Sequence record: NC_016163.1
Direction: 5' to 3' (one strand)
DNA: 64,000 nt
Shown here: positions 29,861 to 39,622 of the stretch, in pieces
Numbering within the stretch: the first letter of the stretch is position 1
Layout: each line of letters opens with the position of its first letter
Made by a program: the position numbers and the translations under genes
Notes under the pieces: model-generated
What the model was told of the DNA's origin: nothing
The model's database searches: none
Seen by the model: the letters and a program-made list of their open reading frames with translations, nothing else

Positions 29861-29884
29861 ATGCGTATTTATAGCTCATTTATT

Positions 29885-29904
29885 GATATATTATTTTAGT
29901 GAAT
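29885..29904 (+). promoter_or_regulatory. early-type promoter motif
   Basis: GATATATTATT-TTAG-TGAAT. Confidence 0.65.
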
Positions 29905-29957
29905 GAGAAATAAATTCTCCTGTTAATAATTTTAATTTAAATAAAGGTTAAGAAATT

Positions 29958-31250
29958 ATGTCTAATACTGAGAATAACGTTAACGCAGCGGCAGCAATCT
30001 CCTCCAGCAGTGACATGATTGAATGTACTCACAAAACAATCATTCCGGTTCTGATTGATGCTGTTTATTCTCGTACACCAATTATTATTTGGGGTAATAC
30101 AGGAGTTGGCAAAACTGAGCTTCTTCATCAACTGGCTCGTATGTTTGGCATCGAACCCCGTGATCGTCAGCGCTATATCGACCAACGTATGAACTCCTGT
30201 GATGCACCGGATGTTCGTGGTTGCATTTTCCCTGATAAAGAAACAGGTCGTACCGTAGTATATCCACCAGCATGGATTCCTACTGCAAAAGATGGTCTGC
30301 CTCGCTTTATCGTTCTTGAAGAAATCAACACCATTCAGGACGATACCGTTCAGGCGGCACTGTATGAAATGTTACAAGAACGTCGTAACGGTGATATTGA
30401 TCTGGCAGATGAAGTGGCAATCTTTGCTACTGCAAACCTGGAAGAAGACAACGGCCCGACTGTAGAGTTAGCTGGCCCAGTTAAAAACCGCGTTAAGCAT
30501 ATTCGTCTACTTAACACTGTTGAATGCTGGTTGGAAATGGCTGAAGCTAATAACTATCATCCTTTCTTGACTGCATATATTCGCCGCTACGGTATGGAAA
30601 AATTGTATGCTCCGGATTTTGAAAAGAATGCTTTCCGTACTAACCGTACTTGGTCTAAAGTAAATCAGACCATTTCTAACCCACTTTATCAGGAAACACT
30701 TGGTAAAGAATGGGGTTACAAGCATATCGTTCCAGATTTCGTTTTACCGAAATTTGCAGCGGGTACTCCACTTCCAGTTCCAGACTATGCAGCTATTATT
30801 GCCAGTATCGGTACTACTATCGGTGCTTCTGGTGCTAACGAATTCAGTACTTTCGTTACCCATGCGCAGTCTGTTTTACCGCTGATGAAAATCTTTGATG
30901 AAGGTAATCTGATTCCAGAAAACCAGATTATTAATATCACTGACCACCAGTATTACGCATTGATTGATATGATGCGTCGTACTATGATTGATCGCCATGA
31001 AGCGGGTAAAGCCATCAATGATGTATTTATCCGTAACGTGCTTAATACAATCATGATTGGGGCTAAAAACTCTTCTTTGCTGTCCACTGAATTCCGTCAG
31101 GCTAATATGTTGCGTATTAATCAGGCGATGAAATCTCAGTTCACTGTTAAAGTTATGCAGTATCGTTCCCAACTCGGTCAAATTGGTGCGGATGCATGTG
31201 AGTACTTCAAACAAGCAGGTGCAGCACTAAGCGAAATGGCTGCAGCTTAA
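29958..31250 (+). CDS. MoxR-like AAA+ ATPase
   Basis: WGNTGVGKT (Walker A), IVLEEI (Walker B), FATAN (sensor I), NRV arginine finger. Confidence 0.9.
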   Translation: MSNTENNVNAAAAISSSSDMIECTHKTIIPVLIDAVYSRTPIIIWGNTGVGKTELLHQLARMFGIEPRDRQRYIDQRMNSCDAPDVRGCIFPDKETGRTVVYPPAWIPTAKDGLPRFIVLEEINTIQDDTVQAALYEMLQERRNGDIDLADEVAIFATANLEEDNGPTVELAGPVKNRVKHIRLLNTVECWLEMAEANNYHPFLTAYIRRYGMEKLYAPDFEKNAFRTNRTWSKVNQTISNPLYQETLGKEWGYKHIVPDFVLPKFAAGTPLPVPDYAAIIASIGTTIGASGANEFSTFVTHAQSVLPLMKIFDEGNLIPENQIINITDHQYYALIDMMRRTMIDRHEAGKAINDVFIRNVLNTIMIGAKNSSLLSTEFRQANMLRINQAMKSQFTVKVMQYRSQLGQIGADACEYFKQAGAALSEMAAA

Positions 31251-31324
31251 TTAATAAACGGGTAATGGGGTCTAATCCCATTACCCGATATTTATTTTTA
31301 CATTAAATAAAAATAAGGCTAAAA

Positions 31325-33160
31325 ATGAGTAACTCATCTAAAAGTGGTATTTTTCATAATCCTGTAACCATTTCAGAAATGGAATCAGACTTCGTTATAC
31401 AAACCGCTCTAAGAAACAATCTTGATCCTAGACAACTTTTAGTTTCTCATTTGCAGGAAAAAATCTCTGAAGCCGTTAAAGAGAATAAAATTGGTACAGA
31501 TGCTAAATGGGAACCTCATTATGCCCGTGTTTCAATTAGTCCTTTTACAATTGAAAATGAAGGTTTAGAAGAACTTCTTTCTGAAGTTCATGATTTCTAT
31601 CTGGAAAATGATTTTATTTTCCCAAGTGTATTAAGTAATGCTTTTGAAACACGTAAAAAAATCATGGACATTGCCAAAGCTAAAGTAAATAAGGCTGTAA
31701 TGGCTTTGTCTATTTACTATAACATTTTTACTCCAATCATGATGCTTCTTAAGAACCGCATTGACCCTAACTTCAATGCCGGAAAAACTTATGATTTCAT
31801 TATTGAGTTAGATGAAAACTTCAATACGATTGGTGAGCTTCGTTTCTACTCCCCAAACCTCGGTGTGCGAGCTTATACCGATTTTCGTAGTACTGCATAT
31901 AATGCGGAATGGGCAGCAAACGTCCGTCAAAGTACACTGAACGGTGTAGCTCTTCATGAAGTATATCACAACGTGTTGATGCATAATACTCGTGGTGAAC
32001 ATGATAAGGCTTATAAACCTATTCGTGATCTTCATGAAGAAATCGATCAGTTAGCTTTAACTAAATATACTACTGATGAAGGTAGTGTTCCTATGAGTCA
32101 ATGGGAAGCTGATGATCAGTATAAAGTTAAAGTACTTCAGGCCATGCGTAATATTCAAAACATGGCAATGGATAAACCGATTAATATCGCTATTCAAACA
32201 GCTTCTCAAAATGCCAGTTTCAATATTGGTAAGAAAATCTGTCTGGATCAGGTTATCGAATTCAATAAAGAATTTGATAAATATACTGATAACGGTCATA
32301 AGTTTGCTGATTTACCTTCTCCACTGGCAAACTATTTTGGTTCTGTAGTATATCCAGAGCGTGGTGATACTGACGGTAAAACCTCTGAAGAATGGTTTAC
32401 TATTGATAATACTGAAGAGAACATCAAGAAATATCTTGAATGGCCTTCTTTAGATGAACATGGTAATCAAACTGAAGAGAAAGCCGAATCTACTCGCCGT
32501 ACTGAAGTATTTGAACGTGCTATGCAATCTGTACGCGATAATGTTAAGAATGCTCCGGGAGGCCCAACTGATACATTCTTCCGTATTCTGAATGCTCTGG
32601 AAGCAATTCCAACATTTATTGATTGGCGTATGCTTCTTAAACGTTATATCAAATCTGGTATTAAGACTGAAAAAACTTGGCAACGTATTAACACTCGTAC
32701 TTTCGCTGCAGCTGGTCAAATTCGTCCTGCTCGAAAATCCGATGCGATTAAAGTAGTAATTGCTGGAGACACATCAGGATCCATGCTGGATCAGTTAGGT
32801 GATGTAGTAACACAAGTTGAGAAAATTGTCAAATCTTTTGGTAGCTACTATTTTACCTTCTTTGCAGTTGATGAAGGTATAACTTCCGAAGAAGTTTTCT
32901 CCAATAGTAAGAAATTTACTGTTGACCGTCTGGTACGCAACTTCAAAGGTGGTGGCGGTACAGATTTCAGAAGCTTCTTTAAAGAGCTGGATGAGCGCGG
33001 TAATCGTGAAACAGTTGTAATGGTTACTGATGGCTGTGCAACCATTCCAGAAGACAGACCGAAAGGCTATGATGTAATTTGGGTGGTTCGTGAATCCGAT
33101 TTCCGTTGGGCGGAAGAATACCTGAAATGGGGCAAGATTGTCGTCATGTCAGGTATCTAA
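31325..33160 (+). CDS. DUF2201-like metallopeptidase plus VWA domain protein
   Basis: ALHEVYHNVLMH (HExxH); DTSGSM MIDAS motif, GGGGTDF, MVTDG. Confidence 0.9.
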   Translation: MSNSSKSGIFHNPVTISEMESDFVIQTALRNNLDPRQLLVSHLQEKISEAVKENKIGTDAKWEPHYARVSISPFTIENEGLEELLSEVHDFYLENDFIFPSVLSNAFETRKKIMDIAKAKVNKAVMALSIYYNIFTPIMMLLKNRIDPNFNAGKTYDFIIELDENFNTIGELRFYSPNLGVRAYTDFRSTAYNAEWAANVRQSTLNGVALHEVYHNVLMHNTRGEHDKAYKPIRDLHEEIDQLALTKYTTDEGSVPMSQWEADDQYKVKVLQAMRNIQNMAMDKPINIAIQTASQNASFNIGKKICLDQVIEFNKEFDKYTDNGHKFADLPSPLANYFGSVVYPERGDTDGKTSEEWFTIDNTEENIKKYLEWPSLDEHGNQTEEKAESTRRTEVFERAMQSVRDNVKNAPGGPTDTFFRILNALEAIPTFIDWRMLLKRYIKSGIKTEKTWQRINTRTFAAAGQIRPARKSDAIKVVIAGDTSGSMLDQLGDVVTQVEKIVKSFGSYYFTFFAVDEGITSEEVFSNSKKFTVDRLVRNFKGGGGTDFRSFFKELDERGNRETVVMVTDGCATIPEDRPKGYDVIWVVRESDFRWAEEYLKWGKIVVMSGI

Positions 33161-33162
33161 TA

Positions 33163-33192
33163 GAAAAGAGTCCTTCGGGACTCTTTTTTTTT
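33163..33192 (+). terminator. intrinsic terminator with cUUCGg loop
   Basis: AAAAGAGTCC-TTCG-GGACTCTTTT plus T run. Confidence 0.9.
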
Positions 33193-33206
33193 ATTTAATA
33201 AATAAT

Positions 33207-33226
33207 GATATATTATTTTTATGAAT
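33207..33226 (+). promoter_or_regulatory. early-type promoter motif
   Basis: GATATATTATT-TTTA-TGAAT upstream of the membrane-protein/HigA operon. Confidence 0.65.
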
Positions 33227-33248
33227 AAACTAACACAAAGGTATTTAA

Positions 33249-33476
33249 ATGGATATTAAGCAGAAGTTTAAAAATGTACTAGATTTCTTAGAAGCCCCTA
33301 TTACTTTCAAAGTTAGTAGAGGGTTTTATTACTATATCTTAATTCTTATCCTAATGACTATCCTCTCATACACCTCTGGATTCTTTGATTCAGTTATTTC
33401 AATAGTTATATTCTTTGTAGTATTTTATTTCGACCAAGAACTCATCAAAAGAAGGGAAGCTAAGAAAGATGAATAA
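33249..33476 (+). CDS. small membrane protein (2 TM)
   Basis: Two hydrophobic segments. Confidence 0.75.
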   Translation: MDIKQKFKNVLDFLEAPITFKVSRGFYYYILILILMTILSYTSGFFDSVISIVIFFVVFYFDQELIKRREAKKDE

Positions 33477-34071
33477 TTTTACTTTATCTATTGATAGTGA
33501 TAAATTTGAAAAGAATATTAATGCTTATTTAAAATTTAGTATGAATAAGCTTTATGCTAATCTAGCTATATTATTTCTAAGTTCGATAGCATTTATCCTG
33601 TTTTCTGATAGATTTGAAGTACTACAGCATATTGTAGTAAGAATCTTATGGGGAGTAATCATGTTTAGAATGCTAATACGGATTCTTTACATGAATAGCT
33701 TTATCACGACAGTTTATAAGAAAAAGACAAAACTTATAAATAAGATCAAGAACTCCCATACGTCTTTTAATGTAAATACTTTAGCTAAGAGTAAAGAGCA
33801 CCTATATAAAAGCGTAATTAATAGACTAAGAGAAAATATTCAAACGCTAGTATTAGCTAAGAATAATTCAGATCTTACCACGTCATTTACTTGTAAAGTA
33901 GATGCATTAAGTGATTCATCAATTTCTATACTTTCTTTTGAGCTACATAGAAGTTATATACGTATAACAGATGGTAGAAACATTCTGGTAGTTGATCTTC
34001 CAGTTGTTAAATCAAAATATGAGGCTTTACAACCTCTTTCAATTTTACTACACTCAATTAAAGTAGATTAA
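33469..34071 (+). CDS. membrane protein (2 N-terminal TM)
   Basis: Two hydrophobic segments then a soluble domain; overlap with previous gene. Confidence 0.75.
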   Translation: MNNFTLSIDSDKFEKNINAYLKFSMNKLYANLAILFLSSIAFILFSDRFEVLQHIVVRILWGVIMFRMLIRILYMNSFITTVYKKKTKLINKIKNSHTSFNVNTLAKSKEHLYKSVINRLRENIQTLVLAKNNSDLTTSFTCKVDALSDSSISILSFELHRSYIRITDGRNILVVDLPVVKSKYEALQPLSILLHSIKVD

Positions 34072-34080
34072 GGACTTATC

Positions 34081-34473
34081 ATGCAGCTAACTTTACAAGA
34101 CCGACCACTTTCTCTCAGTGAAACTTTAGAAGCTCGTTTTAAGGAAAATGGTATCAATGCCAGGATGCTATCTTTCGCTATTAAAGAAAGTCAAAGTTAT
34201 ATAAGTGATCTTATGAATGGTAAAATATCACTTAGCTCTTCAATGGCTTTAAAATTATCAGTATTTTTTGAAACCACTCCTGACTATTGGTATCGGGTGG
34301 AATATAAATATAATCTTTACAAACAACGTAATGATAAAGTATTTGTAGATCAAACTATGAGAAATATTACTCCTATCTCTCAAGGATATAAAGAATTCGA
34401 TCCTACAAAATATGAAGATGATCGAGTTTATAAACCATTACACTTATCAAGTTCTCTCTATAGTGGATTATAA
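34081..34473 (+). CDS. higA: HigA-like XRE-HTH antitoxin (orphan, divergent copy)
   Basis: SQSYISDLMNGKISLSSSMALKLSVFFETTPDYW. Confidence 0.75.
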   Translation: MQLTLQDRPLSLSETLEARFKENGINARMLSFAIKESQSYISDLMNGKISLSSSMALKLSVFFETTPDYWYRVEYKYNLYKQRNDKVFVDQTMRNITPISQGYKEFDPTKYEDDRVYKPLHLSSSLYSGL

Positions 34474-34482
34474 GGAATACCA

Positions 34483-34797
34483 ATGACTGATACTATTCGA
34501 ATCCCAACTCATCCAGGAATTATTCTTAAAGAAGAATTTATGGATTCTCAACCTAAAATTACAGTTATTGAAATCTGTAAACGAACTAATATCTCAGCAT
34601 CATATCTTCGTCGATTTATCAAAGGTGCTGAAGAAATCACAACTAATGTAGCTATTTGTTTAGCTAAGATATTTAATACTACTCCTGATTTTTGGTTGAA
34701 TCTGAATACTCAGCATTATACTGCTAAGCTTTTAGCTGATAAAGGTTATTCGGAAAGATTGAATTCTATCGAACCATTTAACTTTATTCAGAGTTAA
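34483..34797 (+). CDS. higA: HigA/VapI-family antitoxin (orphan)
   Basis: PTHPGIILKEEFM..ITTNVAICLAKIFNTTPDFWLNLN, the classic HigA signature. Confidence 0.9.
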   Translation: MTDTIRIPTHPGIILKEEFMDSQPKITVIEICKRTNISASYLRRFIKGAEEITTNVAICLAKIFNTTPDFWLNLNTQHYTAKLLADKGYSERLNSIEPFNFIQS

Positions 34798-34902
34798 TTA
34801 ATTCCCCTAATAGTTAAAAGCTATTAGGGGATAATCTTTTTTTTTTATTTATATTTTAAATATATATTATAATAATGAATCCATATCTAATAAGGATAAG
34901 AA

Positions 34903-35166
34903 ATGTTAATTATTCATAATTTAAATATCCCATCTACTTCAGAAGAAGTTAATCAATATCTTAAACTTCATGGAGTGCATTGTGAAAATACTTTTAACCA
35001 TCCAAATAAATTAGCTATTTTATTGGCTGCTAAGTTACATGAGAGGATTGATGTTGATTTAGATAGAATCAATCCATACAACCAACATCATGAAAACCTT
35101 GCATGGAAAAAGTTTAATAAAACGTATGAATATATGATTTCTGTAATGAAATCCTTCAATTTTTAA
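34903..35166 (+). CDS. hypothetical protein
   Basis: 87 aa ORF, AAGGA RBS, early motif at 34861-34880. Confidence 0.75.
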   Translation: MLIIHNLNIPSTSEEVNQYLKLHGVHCENTFNHPNKLAILLAAKLHERIDVDLDRINPYNQHHENLAWKKFNKTYEYMISVMKSFNF

Positions 35167-35182
35167 AAAATTCGTTATAACA

Positions 35183-35195
35183 AACAAAGTTTTAG
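35183..35195 (+). promoter_or_regulatory. late-type promoter AACA-N6-TAG
   Basis: Exact motif upstream of gyrB. Confidence 0.65.
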
Positions 35196-35217
35196 AATTC
35201 CACAAGGAAATTTATAA

Positions 35218-36540
35218 ATGGTTAAGACTAAAAAAGTAGATATCGCTCCAGAAGATTCATATACTGGTAAGGATATTAAAGAATTACCATATCCAGTCAA
35301 TATTCAGACTCGTCCACAAATGTATGTGGGGGAAACTGATTCAACAGGTAAACTGACTTGTATCCGAGAAATTCTTAATAACTCAGTCGATGAATTCTTG
35401 GCTGGACATTGTAACCAAATCAATATTTATCGTTTGGATATCGACCACTATGTTATTGAAGATAACGGTCGTGGTGTTCCATTTGATAAACATGAGACTG
35501 GTAAAAATACTCTAGAAACAATCTTTGGCGTACTACATGCTGGTCGAAACTTTAAGAAAAAGACTGTATATAGTACTGGTCTTAACGGTGTTGGTGCGTC
35601 AGTAGTAAACGCATTATCTGAAGTATTCAAAGTTACTTCTCACCGTGGAAATGACGTAGGTATTATTGAATTCTCAGATGGTTACAAACAGAAAATCACT
35701 CTGTCTACCGTTACTAAACTCAAACTCAAATTCCAAAAGGGATTTGATAAGAAAGGTACTGGTGTAGAATTCAAATTTAATCCAGAGTTCTTTGAACCGG
35801 ATTCTGATTTAGATATCCAGGAAGTACTTGATTTAATCCGTAAAACTGCTTACATGGTAAGCGGATTAAAGCTTAAATTCGTGGATATGGTAGATTCTAA
35901 AAATAACGTAACTTTTGATTATGAGAATGGTGTTTCAGATCTCTTAGAAGAGATTAACCCAGCCTCTATTATCAAACCAGCGTATTTTAAACCTGTCACT
36001 ATTAATGAAACCAAAGTTGAAGTAAGTTTCAGCTTTAGTGAAAAATTTGATAGTGAAAATATTGAATCGTTCTGTAATACCATCCGTACTGGTGATGGCG
36101 GTGTACACGTTACAGGATTTAAACGTAGTTTCAGTCAAAAAGTTACCAATTTCATTAAAGAAAATGGTTTAACTAAAGAAAAGATTGAAAACAGTGACGT
36201 ATTTGTAGGCTTGAATGCAGTAGTATCTGTATTCGTATTCAATCCTAAATATTCTACTCAGACTAAGCAAAAACTTAGTAATACTGAAGTAGAAGGTCAT
36301 GTATTGCGAGCCATGAATAAATGGCTTGATGAATGGCTTGAAGCTAACCCTAAAGAAGTTAAGACTCTTGCTACTAAAATTGCACTTACTGCTAAATCTC
36401 GTATTGCTCAAAAGCGTGCTTTAGACAGTGTTAAGAAAGAGCAATCAGGTACATTCCTCACTACACTTGCTGCTCCAGAGAAGTTTACGGATTGTAACAG
36501 TGATGATCGAATGGAATGTGAATTATTCTTAGTTGAGGGT
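35218..36540 (+). CDS. gyrB: DNA gyrase subunit B, exon 1
   Basis: RPQMYVG, EILNNSVDE, DNGRGVP, GLNGVGASVVNALS GHKL motifs; ends ELFLVEG. Confidence 0.95.
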
Positions 36541-37635
36541 TAAAATGGCTCTCATTAAACCTCTTTAATTGTCTGGAAAACCTTAATTACCGCGAATTAA
36601 GACAACCAGCAGCGAAGCTTATGGTATTAACACCTATAAAGGATTATAGGATGCATAAGAACGTTCAACGACTATCGAAAGTACTTATGATAATTCATAG
36701 GGTAAATGAGTAGAGTAGCGCCAAGTGGTAGGTATCATAATGATAATAGTTATGAATAAATCCTTTAAAGCGAAACGGGAGGCAAAGGATTGAAGATATA
36801 GTCTGATCTGCATGGTGACATGTAGAGTTAGTTGAAAGTGATTTCTTAACAAAATCTTAGTATCTAAGAGGATTTAATTTATGCCAGTTAAGAAAACACA
36901 TGCACAATTCGTAAAAGAAGTTGAATTAAGATTTGGAAAAGAATATACAGTTTTAGGGGAGTATAAAAACACTCATACTCCAATAAAACTGCGGCATAAT
37001 AAATGTGGTAATATATGGGAAACTACTGCTCCATATGATTTACTAAAACCAAAACCTAATGGTTGTAAATTATGTGCAATTAATAGATCATTTCCATTGA
37101 CTACTAAAGAATTTTCAGTTAAACTAAATGCAATTCATAATAATTCTTATAAAGTTCTGCAAGAATATAAGAATAATAAAACCAAAATTTTAGTTCGCCA
37201 TAATTGCGGATATGAATTTATGGTTAAACCGAATAGCATTCTAACAGAAAAGTTTAATTGCCAATCATGCCAAAAAACAAATTCAGTAATAAGTGATTCA
37301 ATTGCTGAATTTCTTAATGAAGAAAATCTTAATTTCATCCAAGAAAAAAAGTTTAAATGGTTAAAATATGAATCTCTATTATCTATAGATTTCTATCTGC
37401 CAGATTTTAAAATTGGTATAGAAGCTGATGGAGAACAACACTACATTCCTAAACGTGGTGGAATTAAAGAGTTTGAAAAAACTCTTAAGAGAGATTTGAT
37501 CAAATTTAAACTTTGTAAAGAACATGGTATAGAAATACTGAGAATACCTAGTTTTTTAACTAAAAAAGAAATTTCTTTGTATCTTGGAAAACTTCTTTTA
37601 GAAAGAAATGTCTTTCAACTAGATTAACACAAATG
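36541..37635 (+). mobile_element. group I intron in gyrB (1095 nt)
   Basis: Exon ends in U, intron ends in G; P AATTGTCTGGAAA, Q AACCAGCAGC, R GTTCAACGACTA (36663), S AAGATATAGTC (36793); splicing restores VEG-DSAGG. Confidence 0.93.
36881..37627 (+). CDS. intron-encoded homing endonuclease (Cys-rich repeats plus DUF559/Vsr-like nuclease)
   Basis: HNKCG/CKLC/HNCG/CQSC; IDFYLP..IEADGEQH..D--K---C---GIEILRIP. Confidence 0.85.
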   Translation: MPVKKTHAQFVKEVELRFGKEYTVLGEYKNTHTPIKLRHNKCGNIWETTAPYDLLKPKPNGCKLCAINRSFPLTTKEFSVKLNAIHNNSYKVLQEYKNNKTKILVRHNCGYEFMVKPNSILTEKFNCQSCQKTNSVISDSIAEFLNEENLNFIQEKKFKWLKYESLLSIDFYLPDFKIGIEADGEQHYIPKRGGIKEFEKTLKRDLIKFKLCKEHGIEILRIPSFLTKKEISLYLGKLLLERNVFQLD

Positions 37636-38706
37636 GATTCAGCGGGTGGCTCAATAAAACAAGTACTTGATAGAGAAACTCAAGCAGTATATAAGCTTAA
37701 GGGTAAACCTAAAAATACTCTTAAAGATGGTGTAGAAGACCTTTACAAGAATAAAGAAACTGATGATATCATTTCTATTCTACGTTGTGGTATGGGCCGT
37801 AACTACTCTTCAGAGAAACTTCGTTTTGGTAAGATCATTCAGTTGTGTGACTCCGACTCAGATGGTAAACACATTGAAATGCTATTATCCACATTGTTTT
37901 CTAACCATTTCCGCCCATTAGTTGCTGAAGGGCGTGTGTATATTTGTCTTTCTCCTCTCTATCGTGTTATTCGTTCAGGTGTACCACCAGTATACTTCAA
38001 GAATGACAAAGAACTTGAGAGTTTCTTATCAAATCAGCTGGCAGAGGATTTTGCCTTTAAAAATGCTGCTGGTAAGAAAATGAATGAGAAAAACACCTCT
38101 AATTTGATTTCATTAATTCGTAAATATCGTAATGAGATTAATAAAGTAGCTAAAAAGTATCATAGTGATTCTAAACGAATTGAAGCTGTATTCGTAAATA
38201 ATTATGATGCTGAAGAAGGATGGTTTGATTTTGAGTTGGAAGTCGAAGAACATAAGAATGAAAGTATCACTATTAAAGGATTCTACGAATTCGATAACGG
38301 TGAATCTTATGTATACCTGAACGTACCAGCTATTGAAACATTCTTAGAAGAAATTGAGAATCTTCAAGAGTTATTAGCAGAGATTCATGAAAAGTTCTTT
38401 GTATTTGACAAGAAAAATAATCCTATTGAACGAGAAACAATGATTGAATCTGTTGATTTCTTAATTGATAAGGTAACTAAATCTTGTACAATTACCCGTT
38501 ATAAAGGATTGGGAGAGTCTAATCCAGATGACCTTAAAGAAATCTGTCTTGACCCTAAGAATCGCACCTTAATTCAAATCAAGATTGGTAGCGAGGAAGA
38601 AGTTAAAGAAGTTCTTGAGAACTATATGTTAGACAAGAACGTGGAATATCGTCAGAAATTCCTGCTTGAACACTTCGACCAGAATCTGCTAGAATCAGAT
38701 ATCTAA
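37636..38706 (+). CDS. gyrB: DNA gyrase subunit B, exon 2 (spliced product 797 aa)
   Basis: DSAGGS, LKGK, CDSDSDGKHI toprim, RYKGLGE; insertion within the toprim region. Confidence 0.95.
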   Translation, partial: DSAGGSIKQVLDRETQAVYKLKGKPKNTLKDGVEDLYKNKETDDIISILRCGMGRNYSSEKLRFGKIIQLCDSDSDGKHIEMLLSTLFSNHFRPLVAEGRVYICLSPLYRVIRSGVPPVYFKNDKELESFLSNQLAEDFAFKNAAGKKMNEKNTSNLISLIRKYRNEINKVAKKYHSDSKRIEAVFVNNYDAEEGWFDFELEVEEHKNESITIKGFYEFDNGESYVYLNVPAIETFLEEIENLQELLAEIHEKFFVFDKKNNPIERETMIESVDFLIDKVTKSCTITRYKGLGESNPDDLKEICLDPKNRTLIQIKIGSEEEVKEVLENYMLDKNVEYRQKFLLEHFDQNLLESDI

Positions 38707-38711
38707 TATAT

Positions 38712-38744
38712 AAAAGAAGGTGGATTGCCACCTTCTTTTTTTTT
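38712..38744 (+). terminator. intrinsic terminator after gyrB
   Basis: AAAAGAAGGTGG..CCACCTTCTTTT plus T run. Confidence 0.9.
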
Positions 38745-38753
38745 AAGGTTATT

Positions 38754-38867
38754 ATGGAATATTTAAAGTTCTTCCCAATAGCACTACTTACTGGAGGCTT
38801 AACTATTGCACTGCTTTTATTAGTGGATATTGTAAAGCACAGTTCAGCTAAAAAGAGAAAGAAATAG
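38754..38867 (+). CDS. 37 aa single-TM peptide (not in ORF track)
   Basis: AAGG RBS; MEYLKFFPIALLTGGLTIALLLLVDIVKHSSAKKRKK. Confidence 0.6.
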   Translation: MEYLKFFPIALLTGGLTIALLLLVDIVKHSSAKKRKK

Positions 38868-38928
38868 TCTTTTAATGATATATTATTATCATGATATTCT
38901 TCATTAATAATAAAGGAAATAAATTAGT

Positions 38929-39093
38929 ATGAAAGTACATGTAACTGGTCTTTGTAAGAAAACTTCTAAAGAAATTACGAAACCTTTTGATGTAACCAAG
39001 GAAGGCGAAGCTCGTAAACTCGCTAAAAAAATCATGAAGACTATTCTGTTTACTCGCATTGAACGTGATCATACTGCGACTGATACAGAGTAA
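38929..39093 (+). CDS. 54 aa basic early protein (not in ORF track)
   Basis: Early motif 38877-38896, AAGGA RBS, own terminator at ~39100-39131; MKVHVTGLCKKTSKEITKPF... Confidence 0.75.
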   Translation: MKVHVTGLCKKTSKEITKPFDVTKEGEARKLAKKIMKTILFTRIERDHTATDTE

Positions 39094-39156
39094 CTTAAAT
39101 ACCCATATCCTCTATAAAGGGGATATGGGGTTAATATCTTTTTTGAGGAATTTATT

Positions 39157-39369
39157 ATGTCTTTAATTAATAAGAAAATCTTAACTGAAATGTGTAAAGA
39201 CCGTAATATGCAATGGTCTGTAGGTTCTTATCTTCTGTCAATGGTAATTTTTAGCATGACTGTAGATAAATTTAGTGATGCAGTATTTTATTCACAAGTA
39301 ATATTTGTCTTAGTGGCATTATATCGTGCTTATTTACTGTACAAAGGAAAGAAAAATGCTAAAAGTTAA
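39157..39369 (+). CDS. small membrane protein
   Basis: GAGG RBS, two hydrophobic segments. Confidence 0.7.
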   Translation: MSLINKKILTEMCKDRNMQWSVGSYLLSMVIFSMTVDKFSDAVFYSQVIFVLVALYRAYLLYKGKKNAKS

Positions 39370-39622
39370 AATGGATGCAGAAGATGATGGTAAAGTCGAT
39401 CATTATATAGGTATAGTACATTTTAATGATTGGTTCCACCCAATTGAAAAATCTGTAACTGAAGAAAATTTTGGATTTGGCCTTAAGTTTCTATCAACGA
39501 CTGATCCAATAACTTTTATGAATGATACTACATTCAATATGAAAGTATTACTAAGCCATGCATATTTTAATTATGTAGGCAAAGGTAATGAAATTCGAGG
39601 AAATCGAATACCTTATGTTTAA
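39326..39622 (+). CDS. hypothetical protein (likely start 39356)
   Basis: Overlapping operon gene. Confidence 0.65.
   Translation: MLIYCTKERKMLKVKMDAEDDGKVDHYIGIVHFNDWFHPIEKSVTEENFGFGLKFLSTTDPITFMNDTTFNMKVLLSHAYFNYVGKGNEIRGNRIPYV

Noticed and set aside
33249-34071. Membrane genes upstream of higA as the cognate toxins
   Set aside because: HigA partners are soluble RelE-fold RNases; these are TM proteins with no RelE motif
38929-39093. Similarity of the 54-aa ORF to a ribosomal protein
   Set aside because: Only the basic composition and size fit; no conserved motif could be matched
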